Positions 23,251 through 37,420 of a DNA stretch of 64,000 nucleotides are shown piece after piece; the first letter of the stretch is position 1; every line of letters begins with the position of its first letter. Under the pieces are notes generated by a model. The model was not told the DNA's origin, searched no databases, and saw nothing but the letters and a program-made list of their open reading frames with translations. A program made the translations under genes and the position numbers. Source of the stretch: Malacoraja senta (taxonomy: Eukaryota); assembly GCA_038087875.1 (NCBI GenBank), contig CM075999.1, positions 3,660,001-3,724,000 on the forward strand, written 5' to 3'.

Positions 23251-25189
23251 CTGATGTCTACCTTCTTTTGTTGGGCCTGGCTAACAATAACATCTACAGC
23301 TGAATTGATCAGGGGACAGGAGACATATTGTTCTGGAAGCACAGACTGATTGTGTAGCTGGTCTTTCACTGGACTGACCTTAGCAAATATCCGCCAACAT
23401 TCACATCAGCTGGACTTGGAGATCTGTAATCAGCCACGGAAACCTAGAACAAAAATAAAAACCGCGGTTAACTGTTTGCCAATATTAATAATTATTAATC
23501 ATTTTAAAGATGCATTTTATGTCCAGATAACTGTCAGGATCAATTCATCAATTAAACTAAATGACCAAAACATTTGTAAAACACCAAGTGCTGAAGGAAC
23601 AAAGAACTGCAGATGCTGGTTACCACACAAAAGGACACAAAGTGCTGGTGACGTTTCACAGAGTAACGCTGGAGTAACTCAGCGGGTCAGGCAGCATCTG
23701 TGGGGAACATGGAAAGGTGACGTTTTGGGTTGGGATTCTTCTGTAGTTTGAACTTCCTGTTTCCCATTGATTTTTGTCGATAACTTGCCGATCATAAGAG
23801 CGCAAGAAACCATTCTCCCTGCGATGGACTCCAGCTACACCTCACGTTGCCTCACAAAGACAGCCAACATAATTATCCTGCCTTCTCCCCATAACCTTTG
23901 ATATTCGTACTAATCAAGAATCTGTCAATCTCCACTTTAAAAATGAAGGACCAAGCAGTTGCAGCAATTTAAACACACTTGGACAGGTACATGGATAGCA
24001 AGGATTCCGAAGGGCTAAGGGCTAAACTCAAATGGAACTATCGTAGATGTGGCATGATCAGCATGGACGCATCGGGCTGAAGGGCCTGTTTCCGTTCTGT
24101 ATTAATGCTACTTTGGAGCATTAATAGGCCATTTGGCCCATCGAATCTGCTCCATTCGACCATGCCCGATCTATTTTTCCCTCTCAACCTCATTCTCCTG
24201 CCTTCTCCCCATAACCTTTGATACCCGTACTAATCAAGATCTGTCAATCTCCACTTTAAAAATGACTTGGCCTCCACAGCCATCTGTGGCAATGAATTCC
24301 ACAGATTCACCACCCTCTGGCTAAAGAAATTCCTCCTCAACTCCATTCTAAAGGGACGTCATTTTATTCTTTATCCAGGCCTTTCACTATTCGGCAAGTT
24401 TCAATGAGACTGTATGATTCTATGATAGAATGTTATAGCAAGTAGCACAAGCGGAGATTAGCGTGGAGAGATTGGACAACATAAGTATGGTTTTATATTA
24501 GTAGAAAGGAACTGCAGATACTGGTTTGCACCAAAGATAGACACAACAAGCTGGAGTAACTCAGCGGGACAGGCAGCATCTCTGGAGAGAAGGAATGTTC
24601 GGGTCGAGACCCTTCTTCAGACAGAGTCAGGGGATAAGGGAAACAAGAGATATAGACGGTGATGTAGAGAGATAAAGAACGATGAATGAAAGATGTCCAA
24701 AAAAAGTTACGATGATATCGGAAAGAACCCATTGTTAGCTGTATGAGAACGAGAAGCTGGTGCGACTTGGGTGGGGGAGGGATGGAGAGAGAGAGGGAAT
24801 GCCGGGGGTACTTGAATTTAGAGAAATCAGGCAGCATCTCTGGAGAGAAGGAATGGGTGACGTTTCGGGTGTGAAGAAGGGTCTCGACACACTGACTTAC
24901 TCCTGCATTTTGTGTCTATCTAAGGTTAGATATTTTCTGCTCCATAGTCACTATTTATATTTTAATATTTACTATTTCCTTTGCAATTGCTTTCAGTTCT
25001 GAGGGGGGTCAACGTCCAGTGTGGACCCCTGCTTCACGATTCACATGACAGAAACCAAGGAGGAAGCTGCTGAGTAGTAAATTCCCCTTTACGTAAATAA
25101 AAACACATTTCTTGCACAATACTTCAGCAAATATCTTCTGATGGAATCAAGGAAGGGGGCCCACCCAATGCCATTTCCTTTAGTTTCAG

Positions 25190-25510
25190 AAAGAACTGCA
25201 GATGCTGGAAAAATCGAAAGTAGGCAAAAAAGCTGGAGAAACTCAGCGGGTGAGGCAGTATCTATGGAGCGAAGGAAATAGGTGATGTTTCCAGTCGAGA
25301 CCCTTCTTCAGACTGATGTGGTGGTTGGGGGGCGGGAAGAAGAAAGGAAGAGGCGGAGACAGTAGGCTGTGGGAGAGCTGGGAAGGGGAGGGGAAGGAGG
25401 GAGAATGCAGGGACTACCTGAAATTGGAGTCGTCGATGTTCGTACCGCTGAGGTGTAAACTACCCAAGCGAAATATGAGGTGCTGCTCCTCCAATTTGTG
25501 GTGGGACTCT
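25190..25510 (-). mobile_element. Penelope-like 3' fragment
   Basis: Minus strand KLEEQHLIFRLGSLHLSGTNID, followed by the terminal repeat. Confidence 0.75.
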
Positions 25511-26120
25511 GTAATTTCTTCATCGCTTTGAACACTAACCATGTAAGCAAACCGCTGAGGAAGATCACAAACAATGCAAGCTTAGCATTGTCGAGCATCT
25601 CGCTCAGTTGGTGTCCAACACTCCCATAATAAGGCACTGAATTGCTTTTCAGAGATACGGCGCAGAAACAGGCCATTCGGCCCACTGAGTCCATGTCGGC
25701 CAGCAATCACTCCATACTCTAACACTATCCTAAACGCTAGGTACTATTTACAATTCTACCAAGCCAATTAACCCACAAACCTGCACGTCTTTGGAGTGTG
25801 GGGGGAAACAGGACATCTCAGGGAAAACCCACGCAGATCACGGGGAGAACGTATAAACTCCACACAGACAGCACCCGTAGTCAGGATCGAATCCTGGGTC
25901 TCTGATGCTGTGAGGCAGCAACTCTACCCACTGCACTACCGTGCTGCCCCTGAAACGCCGTCTGTCTCCACAGATGCTGCCTGACCCACTGAGTCCTCCA
26001 GCACTTTGTGTTTTTCTCATGTGTGTTGCCTCGCCAGGTTGTAGCTGTGGTTCCAACTGAGCTACAATGAACTCACAATGTGGACTGGCTTCTAGCTACA
26101 AGGCTATCATTATTGTGTTA

Positions 26121-26360
26121 AAGAAGGAACTGCAGATGCTGGAAAATCGAAGGTACATAAAAATGCTGTAGAAACTCAGCGGGTGCAGCAGCAGCTATGG
26201 AGCGAAGGAGATAGGCAACTTTTCGGGCCGAAACCCTTCTTCAGACTTTTTACATAGACTGCAAGTCTGAAGAAGGGTTTCGGCCAAAAAACGTTGCCTA
26301 TCTCCTTCGCTCCATAGATGCTGCTGCACCAATGAGTTTCTCCAGCATTGTTGTGTACCT
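26121..26360. repeat. Fold-back pair of Penelope-type terminal repeats
   Basis: Arms 26121-26247 and 26264-26360 are reverse complements, 16-nt spacer. Confidence 0.9.
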
Positions 26361-26602
26361 AGGCTATCATTATTCTCTGGTACGCCAATCCTTGCAAGGT
26401 GAGACTGGGACCTGCCAATGAATATTACAATAAACAGCAGGGAAATACTTTAAAATATAACAAGCTGTATGAACATTGACTTCTCCAAGTTCAGGTAATC
26501 CTTGCTTTCTCCCTCCTTCCCCTCCCAATCCCAGCTCTCCCACAGCCCACTGTCTCCGCCTCTTCCTTTCTTCTTCCTGCCCCACCCCACCCCAAAATCA
26601 GT

Positions 26603-26630
26603 CTGAAGAAGGGTCTTGACTCGAAACGTC
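26603..26630 (+). ncRNA. Minimal hammerhead ribozyme motif (representative intact copy)
   Basis: CUGAAGA-A-GGGUC(UU)GACUC-GAAA-CGUC, downstream of a PLE endonuclease remnant (MNIDFSKFR*). Confidence 0.55.
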
Positions 26631-27455
26631 ACCTATTCATTCGCTCCATAGATGCTGCCTCACCCGCCGAGTTTCTCCAGCATTTTTGTCTACCTTTAAA
26701 ATATACCTCAGTAATTTTCCTTTAACACCCCACTTCTACTAGGACCTGTCCGAGGTGGTATCCATAAACTTGCTTTTACATAGACTGAGAGTCGGGGGGG
26801 GGGGGGGCCGAAGACATAGAGATATGGAAGGATAAGGTGTGAAAACAAGAGATCAAAGGGGACAAAGTTCAAGGACAATGTAGATCTGATCATTGTTAGC
26901 TCGGGGGAGGTGACACCTTCAATGATCCATTCGACATTTTCCTTGACCTTTGTCCCTTTGATCTCTTGTTTTCACACCTTGTCCTTCCATATATCTCCCT
27001 CTCCCCCGACTCTCAGTCTGAAGAAGGGTCTCGACCCAAAACGTCACCCGTTCCTTCCCTCCAGAGATGCTGCCTGTCCCACTGAGTTACTCCAGCATTT
27101 TGTGTCTACCTTCGGTGTAAACCAGCATCTGCAGTTCCTTCCCACACAACCTGTGTTTACAGGTCCATTTCACAAATGGACTGTTTACAAATAAAAAAAA
27201 CTCAGTTTAACTATTTAATGGAAGAATTCCCACGTATTGATAAGACAGGGACAAGGTGATCTTAATTATCGCTGGAATCTAGCTTTGAAATTCAAAATTA
27301 CACATAATTACAAAAATAGATTGTTTATCCAAACCAAGAACTGTTTAAATTAAAGGCAAGGTTAATATAATCATCAGCAACGGACTCTTTCTCAATACCA
27401 AAACATTTTTACTCATTATGTTGTGAAGAGAACTTTTAGATGTAAGCGGATGGAT

Positions 27456-27769
27456 GGCACGGTGACGCAGCGGTAGAGTTGCTGCCTTACAGCGCTTGCA
27501 GCGCCGGAGACCCGGGTTCCATCCCGACTACGGGTGCTGACTGCAGGGAGTTTGTATGTTCTCCCCGTAAGTTTTCTCCGAGATCTTCCTTTTCCTCCCA
27601 CACTCCAAAGATGTACCGGTTTGCAGGTTAATTGGATTTGGTATAATTGTAAATTGTCCCTAGTGTGTGTGTGTGTAGGATAGTGTTAGTGTGCGGGGAT
27701 CGCTGGTCGGTGTGGACCCAGTGGGCCGAAGGGCCTGTTCCTGCACTGCATCTCTAAACTAAATTAAAC
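27456..27769 (+). mobile_element. V-SINE
   Basis: Consensus match. Confidence 0.8.
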
Positions 27770-27886
27770 TTTGTGCAATGCCTCACTATAGAAATCAGTA
27801 ATTCTCCTTGAACTGCATCTACAAGTTGCAGGTGACACCAGTGCAGTGGATAGTACAAGAAGCAGTGTAACATCACGGACCCACGT

Positions 27887-28065
27887 TCTCCACAGATGCT
27901 GCCTGACCCGCTGAGTTACTCCAGCACTCTGTGAAACGTCACCTATCCATGTTCTCCACAGATGCTGCCTGACCCGCTGAGTTACTCCAGCACTCTGTGA
28001 AACGTCACCTATCCATGTTCTCCGCAGATGCTGCCTGACCCGCTGAGTTACTGCAGTATTTTGTG
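27887..28065. repeat. 66-bp tandem repeat (Penelope-repeat derived)
   Basis: gaaacgtc at 27933 and 27999. Confidence 0.95.
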
Positions 28066-28825
28066 TCCTTTTCTCTATTCACCAATATCTGCAACTCCTT
28101 GTTTCTGCATCGTGAGCTGAAGGGCCTGTTCCTGTGTTGTTCTATGTTCATAAGTTCTAAGAGCAGAATTGGGCCACTCGGCCCATCAAGTCTACTCCAC
28201 CATTCAATCATGGCTGATGTATCTCTCCCTCCTAACGCCATTCTCCTGCCTTCCCCCCATAACCCCTAACACCCCTACTAATCAAGTATCTGACAATCTC
28301 CTCCTTAAAATTAACCATTGACTTGGCCTCCACAGCCGTCTGTGGCAATGAATTCCACAGATTAACCACCCTCTGACTAAAGAAATTCCTCCTCATCTCC
28401 TTCCTAAATGTCCTTTTATACTGAGACTGTGGCCTCTGGTCCTAGACACTCCCACTATTTCCAATCTCCACTTTAAAGATATATATAACTTGGAGGTGTA
28501 CAGATTCCAGTGGTTTAATTGTTTCTGCATTAGTTCATTTCATTTTAAATTGACTGAACCATCACAGCTTCTGTGTTCTGAAGCAAACTATGAACACAGC
28601 ACAGAGATGGTGCACAATGTGATTCATTCAGACAGCGTGTGATTGGAACTGTTTTAAGTAGGTCAGATGTCGCGCAGAATATCAGTACATTGGATGTGAT
28701 GAGATACACAGAGAAAGCCTTTATCAGCGCACAGCTGTGGGCTTCTGTGCGGAGTGGATGTCGTCAGATAAAACCAAACGACACAAGAGTGAAGTACATG
28801 AGCTCACTGCTGTAAGGATGCTGGA

Positions 28826-29117
28826 CGGCACAGCGGGTAGAGTTGTTGCCTCACGGTGCCACAGACCCGGGTTCCATCCTGACTACGGGTGCTGTCTGTA
28901 CGGAGTTTGTACCTTCTCCCTGTGACCTGCGTGGGCATTCTTCAGCAGCTCTGGTTTCCTCCCACACTCCAAAGACGTACAGATTTGTAGGTTAATTGGC
29001 TTGGTATAATTGTAAATTGTCCCAAGTGTGTGTAGGATAGTGTTAGTGTGCGGGGATCGCTGGTCGGCACAGACTTGGTGGGCCGAAGGGCCTGTTTCCG
29101 CGCTGTATCTCTAAACT
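28826..29117 (+). mobile_element. V-SINE
   Basis: Consensus match. Confidence 0.8.
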
Positions 29118-29154
29118 ATAGTAAACAAGCAGTCAGTAGATGCCTAGCTGGGGG

Positions 29155-29740
29155 ACACACACGCACACACGCACGTACACACAGAGACACACACAGACAC
29201 ACACACAGAGACACACACACAGAGACATACACACACAGAGACACACACACAGAGACATACACACACAGAGACACACACACAGAGACACACACACACACAG
29301 AGACATACACACACAGAGACACACACACACAGAGACACACACACACAGAGACACACACACACAGAGACACACACACACAGAGACACACACACAGAGACAC
29401 ACACAGAGACACACACACACAGAGACACACACAGAGACACACACACACAGAGAGACACACACACAGAGAGACACACACAGAGACATACACACACAGAGAC
29501 ACACACACAGAGACATACACACACAGAGACATACACACACAGAGACACACACACACAGACATACACACACAGAGACATACACACACAGAGACATACACAC
29601 AGAGACATACACACACAGAGACATACACACACAGAGACACACACACACAGAGACACACACACAGAGACACACACACACAGAGACACACACAGAGACACAC
29701 ACAGAGACACACACAGAGACACACAGAGACACACACACAG
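29155..29740. repeat. (CA)n-GAGA compound microsatellite
   Basis: ~585 bp of acacacagag-type units. Confidence 0.97.
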
Positions 29741-31180
29741 TGGTCGAAGTCTGCGGGATCTATAGGGCTACATGTTTACACATTCCCCAGGTTAAAGGGA
29801 GGAGAAACCACTGCCAACAACCTGCATTTATCGAGCACCTTTAAAACGTTTGTCTCAATGAACAGAATTTGACATTGAATTTCACTTGGAGATATTGGGA
29901 GCAATGCTTAAAGGTTCAGTCAACGATATCGACTTCAGGGAGCATGTTAAAGTGGGAGGTCGTACAGTGTGAGTTTTAGGAAAGGAATTCCTGAAATTGG
30001 GAATGCGTTTAATAAATCTCTAGACAGGGACATGGATAGAACCGGTTTACAGGGATATGGGCCAAACGCTTTACTGAGGCTCACAGCTTTTCTTCAAATT
30101 CACTTGATCATGATTACAAGATCCACTTGCAAAGTCTTTGTGAAAATTCACATTGAAACATATGAACTGGGCAAACCCACGCGGTCACATATGAACTGGG
30201 CAAACTCCATACAGACAGCACCGTAGTCAGGATGGAACCCGGGTCTCTGGCGCTGTGAGGCAGCAGCTCTACCCGCTGTGCCACCGTGCCGACCTCCAAA
30301 GCCTTTGTCTGTATTCAGGACTTCAGGCCTTTTTTACACGACTATTGTGGTGAATCATTTATGAACATTTGTTGTTTAGTATCCGTCATCTATCAGCATT
30401 GATTGTGTGGAATAACGAGAGGCTCATACAGCAAGCAGCAAGTGAGAACTTCAATGTGCGACTGTCGGTACTTATGACATTTAAACACTCTTGCCCTGTG
30501 ATCACCAACCACAACGACCAACTTCTATGCACTGGTTTTGTTTGCACTTACTCACTGGGGGGGGTTTTGTACGGGTATGTGGTTATTAGTTCCACGATGT
30601 GTAAAGTGTATCTGTGTGCATTGTGTTTGTAACCCTGTTATGTTGCAGCAAGTATGAACACCACAGACCCATTGTCGATACTTATGACAATAAAACTCTC
30701 TCGACTCTCGCACTGGTCACAATGTGTACAGCAGCACAGTGGCGCAGCGGGTAGAGCTGCTGCCTCACAGCGCCAGAGACCCGGGTGCTCCGGATTCCTC
30801 CCACTCTCCAAAGATGTACAGGTTTGTAGGTTAATTGACTTGGGTATAATTGTAGATTGACCCTAGTGTGTGTAGGATAGTGTTAGCGTATGGGGTGATC
30901 GCTGGTCAGCGTAGACCCGGTGGGCAGAAGGGCCTGTTTCCATGCTGTATTTTTCGAATCAATCAACTCAATTCAAAGCCAGGGCAGCCAATCTGGGCTC
31001 CGAGATCCCTCATTTGTCAAGGTAAAGTGTCCAATGTGTTTGTGAGAGAGAGCAAGCTCCAAACAACAGCGACAAGCAAACCAGCTCTCACACATTACCC
31101 ACTTATGCCCGCACATAATGTCTGCACATAACCCCGAGGATCAGAGCTCGTCCAGCTGTTCACATAAGCCACATGTGATC

Positions 31181-31494
31181 TAGTTTTAGTTTAGTTTAGA
31201 GATACAGCGCGGAAGCAGGCCCTTCAGCCCACCGAATCCACGCCGACCAGCGATCCCCACACACTAACACTATCCTATACAACCTCGGGACAATTTTATA
31301 TTTATACCGAAGCCAATTAGCCTACAAACCTGCACGTCTTTGGAGTGTGGGAGGAAACCGAAGATCTCGGAGAAAACCCACGCAGGTCACGGGGAGAACG
31401 TACAAACTCCGTACAGACAGCACCCGTAGCTGGGATCAAACCCGGGTCTCTGGCGCTGTGAGGCAGCAGCTCTACCCGCTGCGTCACCGTGCCG
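31181..31494 (-). mobile_element. V-SINE
   Basis: Consensus match. Confidence 0.8.
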
Positions 31495-31937
31495 CACTTT
31501 CGGGCAAGTTGCAGTGGGTGGTAGTACGGGCGAGCTTAATCTGGGAGAATAATAAGATTTGGCACAAGTTTAATGTCCAAAATCTGTGTAATTACACATG
31601 CAGAGTAGGACTTCCAATTGTCAATGAAAACATTCAATAAACTGTTTAGGTGCAGTCACTTTTGTAAATCAGAGACTTTTGGGCATAAACATGAGGAGCA
31701 GCAGGGAAATTAAATTTCTACGTACGAGTCGGACTGAAACGAAAAAGCCTAGCAGCTAAAATTGATTCTTCGGGAATTGAAGTGACCCAAATAAGCAGCA
31801 GCAAGGCTTGTCTAAGCAGAAAGATACTGTGCTTGTGGGCATTGCTTTAGTTACTGACCTACTAAACAGTGTCCGTAGCACGAGTGTTGATTGTTTTACT
31901 TCAGTCAAATCACAGAACTGTACATCAGGGCAGAGCA

Positions 31938-32470
31938 GGAAGGATGAGGGGTCCCTCATTGAAACTTACCGAATAGTCAAAAAGGCCTGGATAGAGTGGA
32001 TATGGAGAGGATGTTTCCACTAGTGGGAGAGTCTAGGACCAGAGGTCACAGCCTCAGAATTAAAGGAAGTACCTTTAGGAAGGAAATGAGGAGAAATTTC
32101 CTGTGTCAGAGGGTGGTGAATCTGTGTATTTCATAGAAACATAGAGAGTAGGTGCAGGAGTAGGCCATGTGGCCCTTCGAGCCAGCACTGCCATTCAATA
32201 TGATAATGGCTGGTCATCCAGAATCTGTACCATGTGCCTGCTTTTTCTCCATTTCCCTTGATTCCATTCATTGTCACAGAAGGCTGTGGAGGCCAAGTCA
32301 ATAGATATTTTTACAGCAGAGATAGATAGATTCTTGATTAGTACGGGTGTCAGGGGTTATGGGGAGAAGGCAGGAGAATGGGGTTAGGAGGGAAAGATAG
32401 ATCAGCCATGATTGAATGGCGGAGTAGACTTGATGGGCCGAATGGCCTAATTCTGCTCCTATCACTAATG
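31938..32470 (+). mobile_element. CR1 3' fragment with a nested antisense CR1 tail (~32133-32268)
   Basis: Host gaatctgtgtatttcat...cattgtcacagaaggctgtgg is split by a gaaacatag-type tail. Confidence 0.75.
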
Positions 32471-34204
32471 AACATGAATTTATGAACAGGCCCTTCGGCC
32501 CACTATGTCTGTACTGTACTGATGATATGAGAACAATAGCAATGTGCTCAGATGATGCCATGAAACAGGAACCCACGACATGTACACTCAAGGTTCTTAG
32601 AGTCACAGAGTCATACAGCATAGGACCAGGCCCTTCGGCCCAACTGGTCCATGCTAACCAATCTGCTCCTTCTGAGCTTGTCCCACCTGCCCGCATTTGG
32701 CCCATATCTCTGCTTATAGAGATACAGCATGGAAACAGGCCTTTCGGCCCACCAAGTCCGTGCTGACCAACAATCAATCCTGTACACCAACACTAACCAA
32801 CACATCAGGGACAATTCACAGAAGCCAATTAACCTACAAACCTGCGCGTCTTTGGAGCGTGGGAGGAAACCGGAGCACCCGGATAAAACCCACGCAGGTC
32901 GCGGGAAGAAGGTACAGGCAGCACCTGTAGTCAGGATCGAACCCGGGTCTCTGGCGCTGTGAGGCAGCAGCACCCTGGGGCAATGGCAAAGCTTCCAAAC
33001 GCAGCCCCAGCGTGTGAGTTACAATCATAGAGTCAGCACAACACAGGCATTAGATGCAGTGACAAGCAATCTACAGCAGACACCTCAGATCACACTTCCC
33101 AAAATATACTCCACAACCCCACGCTGAAAACATAATTAGGTCTTTCTGCATTTTTGAACCAAAGGCAGCAATGTAGCGTTTACGTCTGCCAGTGATAATG
33201 TGGAGAGGTTCCGTCAGGTTTGTACCGATGGGGGGGGGGGGGGAAATCGAGAATTAGGGGGCACATGCCCGGGGAAATGATGCCCCCCCCCCACACTAAA
33301 CGGAGAGGAGAATTATAGAACATAGAACAGTACAGGAACAGGCCCTTCGGCCCACAATGTCCATGCTGAACACGATACCAAGTTAAATTAATCTCCTCTG
33401 CCTGCACGTGATCCATATTCTTCCATTCCCTGCATCCATGTACGTATCTAAAAGCCTCTTGAACACCACTATCGTATCTGCCTCCACCACCACCCCTAGC
33501 AGCGCGTTCCAGGCACCCACCACCCTCTGGGTAAAAAACACATTCTCTCAGACGGTCAAGAATCTTGCGATGATCTCGTGCAGAGAGCTACACATTAATG
33601 TTTAGTTTAGAGATACAGCACGGAAAAACAGGCCCTTCGGCCCACCGTGTCCGGCGATCACCCCCATACACTAACACTATCCTACACACACTGTGGACAA
33701 TTTACAATTTTACCAAAGCCAATTAACCTACAAACCTGCACGTCATTGGACGGTGGAGGAAACCGGAGCACCCGGAGGAAACCCACGCAGGTCACGGGGA
33801 CCGTACAGCAACCGTAGTCAGGATCGAACCTGGGTCTCTGGCGCTGTATGGCAGCAGCTCCACCCGCTGCCCCACCAGTCCACCCAAATGTATATTAAAA
33901 AATCCATCAGCCAGGTTGAGATTTGAACTGACATTTGTTGATTAGTAATTAAGAGAGTAAATTAAAAATGAACAATGGCACCATTTTATATTCTATCGGA
34001 GCTGTTAATGGAGTTGATTCCATCATAGATTGTGATTTTTTTATTAGGTCATCAACAATTTAGATCAATGGCAAAACGAGCAAAACTGCAGTTGCTTTGA
34101 TGCTGAGACAAAAACAGAAATCCTGGAAGAACTCAGCCACTCAGGCAGCATCTGTGGAAAGATAAACCCAGTCTACATTTCAGGTGTGGGGGAAATGCAG
34201 AAAC

Positions 34205-34413
34205 AAGGAACTGCAGATGCTGCTTTACAAAAAGGACACAAAGTGCTGGAGTAACTCAGCAAGTCAGACAGCATCTCTGGAGAAATAGAAGAGTCTGAAG
34301 AAGGATTCCGACCCAAAATGTCACCCGTTCTATTTCTCCAGAGATGCGGCCTGACCTGTTGAGTTACTCCAGCACTTTGTGTCCTTTTTGTAAAGCAGCA
34401 TCTGCAGTTCCTT
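34205..34413. repeat. Fold-back element, ~86-bp arms around a decayed hammerhead core
   Basis: Arms 34205-34290 / 34328-34413. Confidence 0.9.
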
Positions 34414-36864
34414 CCTCATCATTACTGGCGAACATGGATATGTGATGTTTCGGATTAGGACCACTCTTTAGACTGAGGAAAAAACCTGCCTAATTTGCAA
34501 GAAAGGTGTAAGAAAGGAGCAAGAAACATAGAAAACATAGACAATAGGTGCAGGAGTAGGCCATTCGGCCCTTCGAGCCTGCACCGCCATTCAATATGAT
34601 CATGGCTGATCATCCATCTCAGTATCCCGTACCTGCCTTCTCTCCATACCCCCTGATCCCTTTAGCCACAAGGGCCACATCTAACTCCCTCTTAAATATA
34701 GCCAATGAACTGGCCTCAACTACTTTCTGTGGCAGAGAGTTCCACAGATTAAGAACTAAGGTGTGTTCATAAATCACCCATTTCCAGGTTACCGGCTGTA
34801 TCTCAGGCTCCGTATCTCAAATTGGTACTGTACACCTACCCCATAATTAACGCAGGTACTTCCCCCATGGTTCGGGAAAACAATGACTATATTATATATC
34901 CATTAAATTCAATAAATTAAGCGCAGATTAATTAAATTAAATCGTTTAGCAATTTACAATGAAAGAAAACCCTATTTTCTCGCTGTGAACATTACGATTT
35001 TACTGCATCTGAGCAGTGAAGATACGACCACCAGAATTAAGATCCATTGTGCATGAGTTGCAATTTTATTTTGGTGCTTTTGTTAAATAAGTTGTAAAGG
35101 ATCCAGATATTCTCCAGGATGTTGCCTGGGCTTGTGGGCTGGAGTTAGAGGGAGAGGTTAGATAGGCTGGGACTTTATTCTTTGGAGTGTGGGAGGATGA
35201 GGGGTGACCTTATTGAGGTGTACGAGGTCATGAGGAGCGCAGATCGAGTGAACGCTCACTGTCTGTTGCCCAAGATGAAGGATTCTAAATCTCCCACTAG
35301 AGGAAAGATCCTCTCCACATGCACTCCATCCAGGATTGCATTACACAGTGGGTGGAACACGCCACCAGGGATGGTGGAGGCCGATAGGACCGCGGGGTTT
35401 AAGCTTGTAGTAAGGCACGGATATCCAGGGGAATGGAGGGATATGGGTCACGTGCAGGGAGAGAGATGTTTAAGAACGAACTGCAGATGCTGGAAAAATC
35501 AAAGGGGGACAAAAATGTTGGAGGAACTCAGCGGGTGTGGCAGCATCTATCTATTGTTGACAAAAGTGCTGGAGAAACTCAGCGGGTGCAGCAGCAGCAG
35601 CAGCATCTATGGAGCGAAGGAAATAGGCAACGTTTCGGGCCGAAACCCATAGGGTTTCGTCCCGAAACGTTGCCTATTTCCTATAGTGGAGATTGTTCAA
35701 CTCTTTGCACGGAGCGAAGGAAATAGGCAATGTTTCGGGCCGAAACTCTTCAGGAAGGAAATAGGTAACGTTTCGGGCCGAAACCCTTCAGGGTTTCGTC
35801 CCGAAACGTTGCCTATTTCCTTCGCTCCATAGATGCTGCTGCACCCGCTGAGTTTCTCCGGCACTTTTGTCTACCTTCGATTTTCCAGCATCTGCAGTTC
35901 CTTCTTAAGCATCTATCTATTCCATCTCTCCATAGATGCTGCCTCACCTGCTGAGTTCCTCCAGCAAATTTTGTCTAGCTGCAGATAGAGAGAGATTAGT
36001 TTTAACCCGGTATCATATTTCACCCAGGGGGGACTTTGGGACAACGTTTTCACTCAGGGGACATCCGTAATCTGGAACAAATTGTCGGAGGAAGCTTGAG
36101 AAGCCGAAACAATTGCTACCTATAAAAAACAATTTAGACAGATAATAGGCAAGATTTAGTGGGATGTGGACCAAGTGCAGGCCAATTGGACGAGCCCACT
36201 AAGCAAATATCGTTGGTGCGTGGATCCCGTTGGAGATGGCAGCAATTTTGGAGGATTATGTGTTGTATGCGACGGCTGATGGGGTGAAAGGAAGGGCCGG
36301 ATTCTGCGCTCTATGACTCTACAATGGAGATGCAGTACCTACTCTGTCAAAGTGGTCAAGGGCCCTGCACATCAAATGTCCCAACCCCAAATAAATTGGA
36401 GATAGGCACAAAATGCTGGAGTAACTCAGCGGGACAGGCAACAACTCTGGAGAGAAGGAATGGGTGATGTTTCGGGTCAAGACCCTTCTTCATCCTCGAC
36501 CTGAAACATAACCTATTCCTGCTCTCCGCAGACTCTGCCTGTCCCGCAGAGTTACTCCAGCATTTTGTGCCTATCTTTGGTGTCAACCAGCATCTGCAGT
36601 TCCTTCCTACCCAAATACATTGGAGCCTCTTTGCTCTTGTTTTTGAGAAGGTTGGAAAGGCCTCTGGCCTGCCTGACGTACTCCTGCCTGCTGGCTGAAA
36701 GGAAGGCAGCATTTACAACTTGCTCACTTCCTCTCCAATTATATTTAGCAAGTTTCAAAAACAGGAAATAATCACAGGAATGAACTTCCATATCCCTGTC
36801 ACGTCGACAAGGTGGGGCAAAGGGACTTGGTGCAGGATTCCCAAAACATTGATCTGCAAGTCAC

Positions 36865-37420
36865 ATCAGTTGTAAGGAAGGCAAAGGCAATGCTAGCATT
36901 TATTTCAAGAGGGCTAGAATACAAACACAGGGATGTAACGCTGAGGCTCTAGAAGGCGCTGGTCATGCCGCATTTGGAATATTGTGAGCAGTTTTGGGCC
37001 CCATATCTGAGGAAGGATGTGCTGGCTCTGGAGGGGGTCCAGAGGAGGTTTACGAGAATGATCCCAGGAATGAGTGAGTTAACATATGATGAGCGTTTGA
37101 CGGCACTGGGCCTGTACTCGCTGGAGTTTAGGATGAGGGGGGACCTCATTGAAACGCACCGAATAGTGAAGGACCTGGATAGAGTGGATATAACCATATA
37201 TAACCATATAACCATAACAGCACGGAAACAGGCCATCTCGGCCCTTCAAGTCCGTGCCGAACATTAAAAAAAAAAAAAATTAAATTAAAAATAAATACTT
37301 CCCACTAGTCCCATCTACCTGCACTCAGACCATAACCCTCCATTCCTTTCCCGTCCATATACCCATCCAATCTATTTTTAAAGGATAACGATGTGGAGAG
37401 GATGTTTCCACTGGTGAGAG
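36865..37420 (+). mobile_element. CR1 fragment with nested antisense CR1 3' end (37190-37388)
   Basis: PHLEYCEQFWAPYLRKDVLALEGVQRRFTRM; the insert is nearly identical to the reverse complement of 55590-55775. Confidence 0.85.

Noticed and set aside
25308..25706. 132-aa ORF with a transmembrane-looking segment
   Set aside because: Starts in a SINE tail, ends in a Penelope fragment out of its coding frame; no convincing splice sites or homology.
29048..29872. ORFs of 196-274 aa rich in H/T/R or C/V
   Set aside because: Translation of a CA/GA microsatellite.
36000..36320. Apparently unique sequence
   Set aside because: Alignable by eye to a highly diverged CR1 3' end (ttttcactcag..tggaac..ggaggaag, gaagggcc..ctctatgactct).
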